Source: Octopus bimaculoides
Lineage: Eukaryota
Direction: 5' to 3'
Length of the DNA stretch: 33,160 nucleotides
NCBI RefSeq assembly: GCF_001194135.2
Contig: NC_069006.1
Location: 15,362,868-15,396,027, forward strand
Shown: piece by piece, positions 10,293 through 22,965 of the stretch
Layout of the letters: each line of letters opens with the position of its first letter
How positions within the stretch are numbered: the stretch's first letter is position 1
Position numbers and translations under genes: made by a program
The notes under the pieces: model-generated
What the model was told of the DNA's origin: nothing
Databases searched by the model: none
The model's input: only the letters and a program-made list of their open reading frames with translations

Positions 10293-10320
<28 letters not shown>
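10114..10320. repeat. AT-rich minisatellite, 3 copies of a 62-66-bp unit
   Basis: AAATATGTAGTACTTT...TATATTAATGTATATATA begins at 10114, 10176 and 10242. Confidence 0.85.
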
Positions 10321-10326
<6 letters not shown>

Positions 10327-10808
10327 CGAGCGCACAAACGCATCACCCTGCCTCTTCACTCTGGTTGCCATGTTGCGTTCAAGCGCGTTGTTAACATGAC
10401 GTAGCATTCTAACTGTTCGGAGTAAATCGGCCGAAAGATAGATGGAATGAAGAGAAATGGAAGATAAGAAAGAAAGAAAGAAAGAAAGGAAATAGAGGAC
10501 GAAAAGAACGAGATACATACGGAAAGAAAGCAGAATGCATCTGAGAAAGGAAAGTATCGATTCAGTTTTTCCAATGTAACTTGGCTGATTGGAAGGCGGC
10601 CACGCGTGACATAATTCATTTATCTCAAGAATCTGCTCAGCAATCACAGGTGAAGTGCGCAACCATCAGTCTCTTGAACGTTGCGTTTCGCTTGACTGGC
10701 CTCGCATACGGCGCATAGATGCATGTATACATGCAACCATACACACATACAAACATGCATACGTTCATAATAGCATACATACATACGCATATGTGCATTG
10801 TGCATAAT

Positions 10809-10842
<34 letters not shown>

Positions 10843-11059
10843 ATATACTTATGTGTGCGTGTGTGTTTTTACATGCATACAAATATACATTCAAATGCAT
10901 ATGTATTCGTGCCCAGGCAGGCAGACAGCTTCATTTGAAATACTCTATACAGATGATAGTAAAGTGAGTTAGTAACAGACGCGTACACTTAGGTATTGTA
11001 GGTATACATTTATATTCGTGTGTTCACTGACATATAGAATCATAAATACACATGTACAT

Positions 11060-11147
<88 letters not shown>

Positions 11148-11429
11148 GGTGTATTTATACAGGCATATATAATATATATATATATATACATATATACATT
11201 TTTACTCATGTGTGTTTGTGTACTGGCGCATATACATTGTCATATGCAAAAGTATACATGCACCTACATATGGCAAATCATTAAGACTACAGAAGAAAGA
11301 ACGTATTGCGAGTAAATAGTGCGTAAGAGATGGAACAGTTTAGGAGAGAAAGTATAAAAAATATAATGCATATATAACATACGTATAAACAGACATATAA
11401 TATATATATTCATACACGCACGCACTCAC

Positions 11430-11476
<47 letters not shown>

Positions 11477-11629
11477 TATATAGTGTTTTTGTGATTATTG
11501 ATCAGAACTTGGACTATCACATCTACAAATATCTTTGGGTAATCATCGAACGATACAACACTACACGTTATCGCGAATAATGCGTAACTACTTGTTATAT
11601 TGTGCTATTAGAGCATTCGATTTTAGTAC

Positions 11630-11835
11630 TACCAAGCCTGGAATTTCTGGAAATTATTCATAGTTTCTTGTTTGAAAGTTCATCGGAACAAACCGTCCGG
11701 GTTTTTTTTGTTGTTTTTTTTTCATATGGACGCCTTGAGTTTCCCGAAGAACATCATCGCTCCCACCCACCTAGGATTCTCATACAAGAAACCAAAATTT
11801 TAGATTCTACAGACTGCATTGCCCGTTTAATATAG
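11630..11835 (+). mobile_element. Possible second, highly decayed Penelope-like GIY-YIG relic
   Basis: KPGI...KFIG-QTVR resembles KPGVY...KVYIGQTGR. HPPRILIQETKILDSTDCIARLI resembles the H.I.F.ETKIL....RL.. C-terminus of PLE endonucleases. The match is weak and needs frameshifts. Confidence 0.35.
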
Positions 11836-12482
11836 CTCTGTGAGCGCCCACCAGAATTGCAGATGTCATGCGTCCTCTGTCTCACTCAGGACAGCAGTTC
11901 TGTCAAAAGATAAACTCAGGAAAAACGTTCTAACGACGACAGACACATGCTCAGATACAAGTGTTTGGGAAGTAAGCTTCTTTCAACGCAACCGTTTCCA
12001 CTAATATTCTCTTTCTGCCTCGTATTCTTCTACAACACTTCAGGCCATACCGCATTTGAGAGCTGTCCGACACCATTGGTACGACGATGCTCAACTGTAC
12101 AACTTAACGCTTTCTTTATCCCAGTTCAAGAGGGAAGACTCACAACGTTTCTAGCCTGAATTGACCCCCACAATATGAGAAGAACAAATAAACAGGAATA
12201 TTTGTTCAGAGTTTTCTACCAAAAACAACGTCTGGAATCGATTACGGTGTAGATTTTATTGTTTTTTGGAACTGGATTGTTTTCTTCTCTGAGGATCAGT
12301 TAGTTATGAATTTATTCCACATGTTCCCCTCTCAGATTCACACACTTATTGCAGTCCTTCAACTTTTCTAAGCCCTGTACAATAACATGGAAGGTTGGGC
12401 ATCCAACAAGGCCTTTCATGACACCCTTAAAGCCAAGAACCTTTCAGCACTCGTTGTGTATATATATATATATATATATAAC

Positions 12483-12821
12483 GCTATTGGTCCTGATCTA
12501 TCTTCTAAATTGGATTCACTCTTTCACCGTTGAGTGGCTTCCTTGTCTCTTTTCTATAAGTATTTTCATGGACATTGTTCAACTGAGCTCTCTTCTTTGG
12601 TTCCTCCTTTAAGAACTTATCAGCGATCAACTAGACTTGCATCCAGTTCTCATCTGTATACTGTGCAACCTCCTAAGTGTCGTAAAGCACTTCACATTAC
12701 CAGTTTCTTCCCTTGCACCTGTGAACTTTGAAATTCCCTTCCACAATATTGTTTAGTTCTTCAATATGACCTCCACTCTTTTAAGTCTAATGTACATCGT
12801 CACCTATTGACTTCTGTTTAG
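12483..12821 (+). mobile_element. 3' end of ORF2 of a CR1/L2-group LINE
   Basis: AIGPDLSSKLDSLFHR*VASLSLFYKYFHGHCSTELSSLVPPLRTYQRSTRLASSSHLYTVQPPKCRKALHITSFFPCTCEL*NSLPQYCLVLQYDLHSFKSNVHRHLLTSV*. This has the typical SL..FY.Y..G.CS.EL, SFFP....LWNSLP and FK..V C-terminal motifs. Confidence 0.85.
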
Positions 12822-12924
12822 CGTCCATATTTTTCTAGTAGCTCTTACGTTTTCAGTGGTCTAAAGACCTTGCAACAAGGCGAATACTTAATATATATAT
12901 ATGTATGTATATATCGTTGCCCTT

Positions 12925-13097
12925 TTTTTGTCCCCTGCCACCTCTTTACTAGTGGTGTCGGTGTGTTTATGTCCCTGTTGATAAAGGAGGACGATAGAAT
13001 AAGTACCACGTTTAAAACACTTGGGGTCGGTCGATTCGTTCGACTAAAATTCTTCGAAGTGGTGACCCAGCATGGCCGCAGTCTAATGTCTCAAAGG
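12925..13097 (+). mobile_element. SINE family A, 3' half
   Basis: GGTGTGTTTATGTCCC...GATAGAATAAGTACC...GGGGTCG..GATTCGTTCGACTAAAA...CAGCATGGCCGCAGTCTAATG. Confidence 0.8.
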
Positions 13098-14112
13098 AAT
13101 TACGTTATAATGGAATACATGTATTTACATATATACATGTATAAACATACGCACACACACACACACGCACACACACAGGTATTCGCATATATGATATATC
13201 ATATTATTATTATATTACAATGAATCATAGTAGAAAACGTTCGTAAGCAAAGAAACAAACGTGCATGCAACGGTGTAGAGGGAGTCTTTTTTTTTTGTTT
13301 TTTTTTTTTTCATTATTTATTACAAGCAGAAAATATCGCTAAACGATATTCGGGGTATTAGTCACGTGATCGGCAGAAGTTAAAACTGGGAATAGCGGTC
13401 CGTGAAATTTCCGCCTTGCATTAAATAAAATGCACATGCGCGTACCCACACACGCATACGCACGTTCACATATATGTNNNNNNNNNNNNNNNNNNNNNNN
13501 NNNNNNNNNNNNNNNNNNNNNNNNNNNNNNNNNNNNNNNNNNNNNNNNNNNNNNNNNNNNNNNNNNNNNNNNNNNNNNNNNNNNNNNNNNNNNNNNNNNN
13601 NNNNNNNNNNNNNNNNNNNNNNNNNNNNNNNNNNNNNNNNNNNNNNNNNNNNNNNNNNNNNNNNNNNNNNNNNNNNNNNNNNNNNNNNNNNNNNNNNNNN
13701 NNNNNNNNNNNNNNNNNNNNNNNNNNNNNNNNNNNNNNNNNNNNNNNNNNNNNNNNNNNNNNNNNNNNNNNNNNNNNNNNNNNNNNNNNNNNNNNNNNNN
13801 NNNNNNNNNNNNNNNNNNNNNNNNNNNNNNNNNNNNNNNNNNNNNNNNNNNNNNNNNNNNNNNNNNNNNNNNNNNNNNNNNNNNNNNNNNNNNNNNNNNN
13901 NNNNNNNNNNNNNNNNNNNNNNNNNNNNNNNNNNNNNNNNNNNNNNNNNNNNNNNNNNNNNNNNNNNNNNNNNNNNNNNNNNNNNNNNNNNNNNNNNNNN
14001 NNNNNNNNNNNNNNNNNNNNNNNNNNNNNNNNNNNNNNNNNNNNNNNNNNNNNNNNNNNNNNNNNNNNNNNNNNNNNNNNNNNNNNNNNNNNNNNNCACG
14101 CACACACATATA

Positions 14113-14278
14113 TATAACGGGCTCCTGTCTGCTTCCGTCTGCCAAATCCTCTCAGATGGCTTTGCTCGGCCCAAGGCTATAGCAGACGACACTTGCCCAA
14201 GGTGTCACGCAGTAGGAATGAACCCGGAACTATGTCGTTGGGACGCAAACTTCTAACCACACAGCCACGCCTGCACCA
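14113..14278 (-). mobile_element. SINE family A, 5' half
   Basis: GCCCAAGGCTATAGCAGACGACACTTGCCCAAGGTGTCACGCAGTAGGAATGAACCCGGAAC...ACCACACAGCC is the reverse complement of the head. Confidence 0.85.
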
Positions 14279-14938
14279 TTATATGTATATCTATATGTGT
14301 GTGTGTGTGTATGTGTGTATATGTATGTGTGTGTGTTTGTTCGTGTGTGTTTGTTCGTGTGTGTTTGTCTGTGTGTTTGTCTGTGTTTGTGTGTTTTTTG
14401 TCTGTTTGTGTGTGTTTTTGTGTGTGTGTGTGTCTGTGTGTGTTTGCGTGCATTTGCGTGTGTGTGTTTGTGTATGTATGTATGTATATATGTATGTGCT
14501 TGTGTGTGTGTCTGCGTGTGTGTGCTTGCGTGTGTTTGTATGTATGTATCTATGTATGTGTGTGTTATAATTAACTAGATACGATCAAGCAAATATATAT
14601 ATATATACATTCTCACTTATCCTTACAAAAAAAAGCATATTTTTATAAGCGCGCAAATGTAAAACATTAAGATATGAGAGAAATCGCAATCCAATGTGTG
14701 TAGCACGTACAACTTGGCGAATGAACGGAACGACCCGAGTTCACTGCTTCGTTTAGGAAACGTCTCAAAATTCTTTGCCAACGATCTTTCGTTTCGATTA
14801 TTATGGTGCGTTCTGTATACGCCATTCGTTCTCTCTCTCTCTCTTTCCGTGTCGTACTCGTCCTTCTCTTAATCCCTCTCCCCACATATGTATGTGTACG
14901 GGAGTATATGTGTGTATTAAGATACATAGTTGTATATG

Positions 14939-14989
<51 letters not shown>

Positions 14990-15111
14990 ATATTCACATG
15001 TATATTATACATGCGCAAATATGTATACGTGGAGAATATATACACACATATATATATATATATACATAAATATATTCACACACACACATATATATATATA
15101 TATACATATGC

Positions 15112-15156
<45 letters not shown>

Positions 15157-15425
15157 TGCTTGCATACGCATATGAATATATGTACATATAAACGCGTACA
15201 TAATGTTACACGTACATCCATACATACATACATATATACAGATATATATATATATATATACACAAACATCTACGTTAGTATATGTATATATGTAAGTGCA
15301 ACTCCCCATAACTGCTCATTTGAAATATTATATCGTTACACTAATTACGATATTGATAGTAATAGCAATAATAATAACTATTATTATTATTATTATTATT
15401 ACTATTATCATAATCATCGTCATAC

Positions 15426-15472
<47 letters not shown>

Positions 15473-15894
15473 TTATTTTTATTATTATTAGTATCATCAT
15501 CATTATTATTTCGGTGGACGGTCTGCCAGGTCACGGACAGGACAAATAAGAGACGTAATACATCATAAACAAGATGATAAATTGACCAGCAGGTCATTTT
15601 CCAGCTGGCTGGACACCATTTCGCGGTTCAATACTCTCTGGGTGTACATCATTGATTTAAAAGTGTTTGACAAATTTGTTAAGCGTCACTCAACATCCAC
15701 ATATGGACGTCTCCAGCCACTTCACTGCTCAGCATGCCATCCGGATATATACAAATGCACCCGAATGCACTGCACTGCACCCGAGCACCGCTATATGCTG
15801 CAGCATAAACCATCCCAGAGCACTCGAATGCACCATAGAATAACCACATGCAATGCACGTAAAGACTTATCAGATGTGCATGAGCCTTGAAGAT

Positions 15895-15985
15895 ATGGCT
15901 GGGCGTTTAAGATGTTTGTTTCTTAACCTCAAGGTACCGGGTTTGATCCCACTGCGCCGTACCTCGATCAGGCATCTTCTGCATT
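15895..15985 (+). mobile_element. Degenerate SINE family A head
   Basis: TGGCTGGGCGTTTAAGATGTTTG...CCGGGTTTGATCCCACTGCG. Confidence 0.6.
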
Positions 15986-16844
15986 ATTGCATTAACAAAG
16001 TCTTTGCCAGTGAAATTTGGATACACGCATACATATCTACATATGTACACATACATATAATACAATCATATATATACATACATATACATATATACACATG
16101 CAAATATACGTATATATATATATATATATATAAAACAAATAATAAATGAGTATATGCATATATATGCATATACGTACAAGTATGTGAATACCTACATCTA
16201 CCTGTATATGCGCACACACATATATTTATATACACCCAGAACCACGCTAATAGTTTAGGAGTGAAATTCAGGATTTCTCGGTATTCTGTGAACCAGTTTT
16301 GATAAAACGTTTCCGAGCTGGTTTGCACACTATGGCAACACCATTGTTGTGTTTTCATTATTCTGTGTAACGACCTTTCTTTTTTTTATTTCAGAGTTTT
16401 CAGTTTTTTGGGTGAACCACACTAATAGCTTTTGAATGAAAATAGCCCATGTAGACATTTAGACATTTTTTTTTTTTTCAGAAAATGAAGTGTAATGATG
16501 GATATTAAGCATACATTGAGTATATATTTAACAGAAAACCATAANNNNNNNNNNTATATATATATATATATATAGTTTAGAATCAGTAGTTCTTTGACTG
16601 CTATTTCTAAATTTTCATTATGTTGGTGAAGCAACTTATGCTGACCCCTATATATTTATGATTATAAATGTTTTTACCGATAAAGGTTTTTTTCATACTG
16701 AACTACTTGGCAAAATTGTTAATTATTAATTTTATTAACTAATTGGCAATTCCCTGCCCTATATCTGTATATATATATATATATATATATACATATATAT
16801 GTAACCACAGGAATGTCTGTGCGGTTAGAACTTTGCTCCCAACT

Positions 16845-16980
16845 GCTTCTTTCAATTTCCGTCTACCATATCCACTCACAACGCTTTGGTCAACCCAGTG
16901 CTATGGCAGGAAACGGTTGTCAAAGGTGCCACGTTTTGGGACTGAACCCGGAACCTTGTTACCAGCAGACAAGTTTGCAC
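16845..16980 (-). mobile_element. SINE family A, 5' half
   Basis: TTCCGTCTACCATATCCACTCACAACGCTTTGGTCAACCC...GGGACTGAACCCGGAACC. Confidence 0.8.
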
Positions 16981-17361
16981 CTATGTATACATGTGTATGT
17001 AAAATTTATTGCTAATCTTAACAAATGTCAGAAAATGAAATTTGAGATGGTGAGACTTGATGCTGCAGAATCTCTCCAAAATTTCTATCTGGCAATTTCT
17101 TTAATTGCTATTGATGCATAATCCTGTATAACTATAACTAAATAAGAATATGATAATGCAGTGTTTAATTAAGAAAATTCGCTTAAACCGCTATGCAGCG
17201 TGGGCCAAAAGTCACGCATCAAATCATTTGACAAATTTATATTAAATCCTTCTTCTTCGTCTTCGTCTTTTTCTCTGCCTCCTCCTCTTCCCTTTTCGTC
17301 TTATTATTAATATCATTTGTCTCCCCTCATCCTTCGACCTACTGGAAAATAAATGAAATCG

Positions 17362-17757
17362 TTATTATTATTATTGAGTGAGAGAGCAGTGCATGCCATC
17401 AAAGTGACACTGGGGTAAAATATACGAAGCCCAGTATACCCATCATGACTACCCGTCTGATAAGTGTACACCAGGCACATGCATTACAAGCATATGTGCT
17501 CGACATGGTGATCTCATATCAAGATAAACAGCTCACGATGCCGCAGGTGGGGCCCGTTAGAGTTTTCTTCAGGTCGAGTAGCGCATCCTGCTCAAAAAGT
17601 CCCTGAATAATGTTTGTTTAAGGATGATGAACAAAACACCCATGTTTCCAGAGGTGAATTATCCAAACTCCAAAGAATTCCTCTCAACACATGGCTATGA
17701 TGCTCCCCCACTACTTCTGCTCGTGATCAGAGATGTGCATATCGTCAGCCACTTCAA
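17362..17757 (-). mobile_element. Retroposon-like repeat ending in a (TAA)n tail (3' end of a LINE or SINE)
   Basis: A ~390-bp complex, non-microsatellite block whose minus strand ends ...GCATGCACTGCTCTCTCACTCAATAATAATAATAA. The family assignment is uncertain. Confidence 0.5.
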
Positions 17758-17844
17758 TGATAAACTTCTGAAAAGTTTTACGTATGTATGCATGTATACT
17801 TGTATGTATGCGTGAATGTATGTTTGTTTGTATGTATGTATGCG

Positions 17845-18040
17845 CATTTGTATTTGTCCTGCCAACGCTTGTCAACCGGTGTTAGCTTGTTTATGTCGAC
17901 ATAACGGCTCGGCAAAGAGACTGGTAGACTAAGTAACAGGTTTTGAAAATATATAAGTGCTGGGGTCGATTTGTCCGAGTAAAAACCTTCAAGGCGTTGC
18001 TCCAGCATGACTGTAATCCAATGGTTGAAACTAGTAAAAA
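17845..18040 (+). mobile_element. SINE family A, 3' half
   Basis: GCTTGTCAACCGGTGT...CGGCAAAGAGAC...GCTGGGGTCGATTTGTCCGAGTAAAA...CTCCAGCATGAC...GAAACTAGTAAAA. Confidence 0.8.
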
Positions 18041-18089
18041 ATAATAACAGAAAATTATAGTCACTGATATACACGAATAAACAGGATTG

Positions 18090-18155
18090 ATACAGTTGGA
18101 ATTCTTTTGATCACGGATCGATACGTTCGATCAGAGCTGACCTGGGGTAAGCAAT
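18090..18155 (+). mobile_element. Short SINE 3' tail fragment (family D)
   Basis: GGAATTCTTTTGATCA...GATCAGAGCTGACCTGGGGTAAGCAATAA. An inverse-oriented relative lies at 22880-22965. Confidence 0.5.
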
Positions 18156-18194
18156 AATGTTTCGAGAATAAATACGAGGCCTCATATTTAGTGG

Positions 18195-18362
18195 CATGGG
18201 TTTGGTCAGTTATATCGATCCAGTACTTAAATAGTACTTTATTTTATCGATCCTAAAAGATGAAAGGCAAAGCTGACCGCGGCGGAATTTGTTAGAAGGT
18301 ATAGAACAGGAAGGAATAAGCAACACAAGGCCCTTTGTCCGACGCCTCACCGATTCAACCTC
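18195..18362 (-). mobile_element. tRNA-derived SINE, family B
   Basis: The reverse complement contains CAAATTCCGCCGCGGTCAGCTTTGCCTTTCATC...GATCGATAAAATAAAGTAC and matches 31116-31335. Confidence 0.8.
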
Positions 18363-18534
18363 ATTTGCTACGAAGACCCTTCAAATTGTTTCTACTCAGA
18401 ATTAACGTGCAAGTGTCTGAGTATATCACAGAGTCGTAGAATTAAGCTTAATGTTACACTCACGCCAAATCGACCTGAGACAGACAATATGTAAGACGGT
18501 TTTCATCTTGGAATTACACCTATAATCGACAGAC

Positions 18535-18720
18535 GGACAGAGAGAAAGTTAGATGGATGGACAGACAGACAGACAGATAGATACAGTAAGATAGATAGAT
18601 AGATAGATACAGTAAGACAGATAGATAGATACAGTAAGACAGATAGACAGACAGACAGACAAATTGACAGACAGCTAGATATATTGATAGATTCATAGAT
18701 AGAGAGAGAGAGATTTTGTG
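18535..18720. repeat. (GATA)/(GACA) tetranucleotide array with 3 embedded GATACAGTAAGA units
   Basis: Direct reading. Confidence 0.85.
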
Positions 18721-18904
18721 AGTGAGTTTGAGGGAGAATGAGATTAGTTAGGTAGTTCGATCGGTAGATCGATCCCTCGACAGACAGATAGATAGTGAGT
18801 GCGTGCGCGCGCGTATGTGTGTGTTAATGCGTGTTTGTGTGTGTATATGTGGTGAGAGAGAGAGAGAGAAAATGGAGGAGAGACGCAGCGAAGCAGACAG
18901 AGAA

Positions 18905-18965
18905 GAATCGATCTCCAGTACTAGGTTAATAGTATATTTATCAAACTTTCGAATGGATGAAGGGA
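18905..18965 (-). mobile_element. SINE family B fragment
   Basis: AATCGATCTCCAGTACT...TATTTTATCAAACTTTCGAATGGATGAAGGG resembles the family B core in reverse. Confidence 0.5.
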
Positions 18966-19372
18966 ATCTGATATGAGCGAGAGAAACAGATACAGACACA
19001 GACAGACATTGTCAGAGAGAGAGAGAGAGAGAGAGAGAGATACAGACAGACAGACAGTGTCAGAGAAAGAGAGAGATAGAGAGATGGGGAGGAAAGGGAG
19101 CAGAAATCGGAAACAATTCCATAAGGCCTTTCTATCCGACGCCCAAACAATTTCGCCAGTTTTCTACCTTAGGTCTAAAACAGACGTCTGCTACAGAATA
19201 ACAATGAAAGAGGCTTTCAATCGTATCTTCCATCCACTTACACAGTTAATACCGCTACAGATATTACAATATTAATAACAAATTTCAAAGGTTGATGGCA
19301 ATAAAAACCAACGCCCTCTTATTAATCTTCTCTTCGCCCGCTCATAAGGATAACGTATCAGTGAGGACGAGG

Positions 19373-19416
<44 letters not shown>

Positions 19417-19859
19417 CAGACCCCATCACCGCAACACAACCACCGTCACCAGTACCGTCTCTCACACACACACACACAAACACACACACACNNNNNNNNN
19501 NNNNNNNNNNNNNNNNNNNNNNNNNNNNNNNNNNNNNNNNNNNNNNNNNNNNNNNNNNNNNNNNNNNNNNNNNNNNNNNNNNNNNNNNNNNNNNNNNNNN
19601 NNNNNNNNNNNNNNNNNNNNNNNNNNNNNNNNNNNNNNNNNNNNNNNNNNNNNNNNNNNNNNNNNNNNNNNNNNNNNNNNNNNNNNNNNNNNNNNNNNNN
19701 NNNNNNNNNNNNNNNNNNNNNNNNNNNNNNNNNNNNNNNNCTATGGTGGACCTTACGTCGGTTTCTGCAATGACTGTTCCTGTTGATCGATCGAGAAAAT
19801 TAATTACTCATTCAATTACTGTGTAATGTATTCCTCAGACAGACATTTGAACCTTGACG

Positions 19860-19894
<35 letters not shown>

Positions 19895-19961
19895 AATGTG
19901 TATATATATACACACATACATGCAAACACACATATACAAATGCATATGCATAAACAAATAC

Positions 19962-19994
<33 letters not shown>

Positions 19995-20352
19995 TTATTT
20001 ATATTATATATATATCAAACATGTATACCCATATGCACATATATGTATATATATACACATATATGTATGTGTGTGTCTGTGCGTGCGTGTGTGTGTCTGT
20101 GCGTGCGTGTGTGTGTGTCTGTGCGTGTGTGTGCTCGCGCGTGCGCATTGTTCTTTTACACATTTATCCCGTTACTTGCAATCATTGGAGAAAAACCATG
20201 CCTGGGTACTGCCATGAAACATTGAACCAATTCAAACCTAGTTTATATTTTCTGCTTCTTATTTCTCAACAGCTATGTGAAAGGGATGTAATCAAACCAA
20301 TATGGAGATAACAACTCAGTAACACTCACATATATATATGTAGATATATATA

Positions 20353-20385
<33 letters not shown>

Positions 20386-20504
20386 CAACGCACGAAACTC
20401 TCGGACTCTGAGTCACTTTGTTGCCTCTGCAAAATATTAATAAATAAGTATGTATGTATGTATGTATGTATATATATATATATATATATGTAGGTATGTA
20501 TATT

Positions 20505-20870
20505 TTTTTACTTGTTTCAGTCATTTGTCTGTGGCCATGCTGGAGCACCGCCTTTAGTCGAACAAATCGACCCGAAGATTAATTTTTTGTAAGCCTAGTA
20601 CTTATTCTATCGGGTTATTTTGCCGAACTGCGCTAAGTAATGGGGATGTAAACATACCAACATAGGAGTCGAGCGATGGTGAAGGGGACAAACTCATACA
20701 CAAATATATAGATAGATAGATAGAGGACAGGCTTCTTCCAGTTTATAACAAATCCACTCATAAGGCTTTGGTTGGCCTAAGGCTACAGAAGAAGACACTT
20801 TGCTCAAAGTTCCGCACAGTGGGACTGAATCCGTAACCATGTGGTTGATAAGCAAGCTTCTTACCATACA
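20505..20870 (-). mobile_element. Near full-length SINE family A
   Basis: TTGTTTCAGTCATTTG..GTGGCCATGCTGGAGCACCGCCTTTAGTCG (3' end) through a central (GATA) slot to CAGTGGGACTGAATCCGTAACCATGTGGTTG (head). Confidence 0.9.
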
Positions 20871-21324
20871 CATGTCTAGACATACAACTGCATGTAACAT
20901 TATGCGTATAAAACATTCAGATCTCCACATGCTCCGGTTCCAAATACTTCCACATGTACATACATACATGCAAAAACTACTCTGTTGATGTTCAAATTCC
21001 AATGAAGGACCCTTGGATCCAGGTTAGAAACCGGCTCTTTGTCTATTGACAAGAACTAAAATAAGATATATAAAGAAAAAAACAAAACAGATAATATTGG
21101 GTGTGGAAGGTCGAATGACTGAAAACGTGAATGAATGAAAGAACGGTTGAAGGAATGAAAAAGAAGGAAGAATAGAAAGAATGCCGTTCGTTGATTATGG
21201 CTTGTGTAGGCTTGTGCAAAATTAGCCTACCCTACCTCAGTTCATGTAATTTGTGCTAATTAAAGGGACATGTTATCAGACAACACGACGGCTAGATGAT
21301 GTCATCATCAATGGAGTGCAAGCT

Positions 21325-21960
21325 AGTAGTAGTAGTAGTAGTAGTAATAGTAGTAGTCCTTGTTGCTGCTGCTATTCCTGTTGTGTTGTTTTAGACCAAA
21401 AGTGAACCCCAAGTGAGCAGAACAATGACCAGAGGCTTCCCATCCGTGACCATACTGCATATTTTGTTTTTAATGTATTTTACATATAGGGTTGTACTAA
21501 ACAATTGGGAGGGGACCTTTCTTTTTACCCCAACAACACTACTACTACCACCACCACCATCATTATCATCATTACCATCATTATTACGCGAAGATGATTA
21601 AAGTAGTTTGTTGTAGTGGTCTAGCTGTTAGTATGGTGACTGTAGTGGTGATGGTAGGTTCGTGTTCGTGGTGGTGGCGGAAGTAAATTTAGCTTTGTTG
21701 ATGGTGGAGATGGCTGCGTTATTGGTTGTTGGAAGTGTTGTAGCCTTCTTTAATCGCGTTGACAATAGTTGTAGTAGTGGTGATGCTAGTAACAGAGGTT
21801 GCAGTGGCGATGATGATATTAACGGCTCTGATGGTGGTGGTGGTGGTGGTGGTGGGTATTATTTTTATGACCACCAACCATCATCATCACAACAAGATAA
21901 TTATGATTACAAGACAATGATGACAAAACTATGATGATGAACGGTCAAGAATGATGCGGA
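21325..21960. repeat. Degenerate trinucleotide low-complexity region (TAG, CAC/CAT, GGT, GAT)
   Basis: Direct reading. Confidence 0.75.
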
Positions 21961-22879
21961 CGATACCATCAACCGAAACTGTGAAACGGCCATTGTTGAT
22001 TTCTATAGCGGCCATATTTTTCTTTAGTCTCTGACTAATCAGAAAGTTTCATGTGCGGCGGGAGGAATGCCAAAATCTACAATAAGAACCAAAAGAGCTA
22101 TGTAAAAACTAATTAATTGGTTTTGGTTCATAAAGTACGTTCAGTCTGTTATTGTTTCCGTTTTAGATTTTACATGTTCGGCCGTCATCGCACAACAAAC
22201 ACTCCCCTTTTGCTCTTTCTCCTCCTCCACCTCCTACCTCCATCCCACATCATTTCTTCCTTATTCTACTTTCACTTTCAACTCAACTTTTGTCGTCCTT
22301 CTTCTTCTCCTGCTGTCCTTTTACATCTTCTTCGTCGACCTCTTTTTCTTGTTATTGTTGTTGTTACTGTTGTTCTTTTCCTTCATCATTTACTTGTTGT
22401 TCTTCCTCTTTGTCTTTTCTCTTCCCATCGCATTTTCGGAAATTCGTTTTAACCTTCATCATTTCAAAGTGAATTCTTAATTTCTCATTATGCTTTTATG
22501 GCTGGTCGTCACCCAGTCCCACCACTCTTATCTTTTTGCTTTTCGTTAGTTTATTTGTTTGTTTGTTTGTTTGTTTGTAATATTTTTGTCTTGTTGGTCT
22601 GGTTTTCTTGTTGTTCGGATTTTCAGTCAAAATGATCACGTGATTTTAACTCAACACTGAGTTACCCAATCAGTAAACTTCTTTCACTTTTGCTGGACGT
22701 TTTGTTTAAGCGATTGTGTGTACATAAGTGTATATCTGAGTGAGCGTATGTGTTAGTGAATGTATCCGAGAAAGAGAGGTGTGTGATACAGAGAGAGAGA
22801 GAGAGAGAAAGACAGACAGAGAGACAGGCAAACAGAAAGAGACAGAGAGAAACAAAATGAGAGACAAAAGAGAACTGCG

Positions 22880-22965
22880 GTCTGTAAGCATATTGTTGCG
22901 TTTAACCCTAGGTTAGTCTTGATTGAGCTAAACCTATGATCAATGACATTAGTCATAGTGTTATC
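22880..22965 (-). mobile_element. Short SINE 3' tail fragment (family D)
   Basis: TTGTTGCGTTTAACCCTAGGTTAGTCTTGATTGAGCTAAACCTATGATCAATGACATT is the inverse relative of 18090-18155. Confidence 0.5.

Noticed and set aside
10114-10320. Regularly spaced repeats as a possible CRISPR array
   Set aside because: The context is eukaryotic, the spacers are TA-microsatellite-like and mutually similar, and there are no cas genes; this is a minisatellite.
17545-17585. CTGAAGA on the minus strand (possible hammerhead core); also CTGACGA at about 17742-17748
   Set aside because: No stem II-GAAA-stem III-NUH arrangement can be built at either site.
20985-21050. AATGAAGG...GAAACCGGCTC stem-loop resembling a hammerhead
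   Set aside because: It lacks CUGANGA (CCAATGA has two mismatches) and stem I does not pair.
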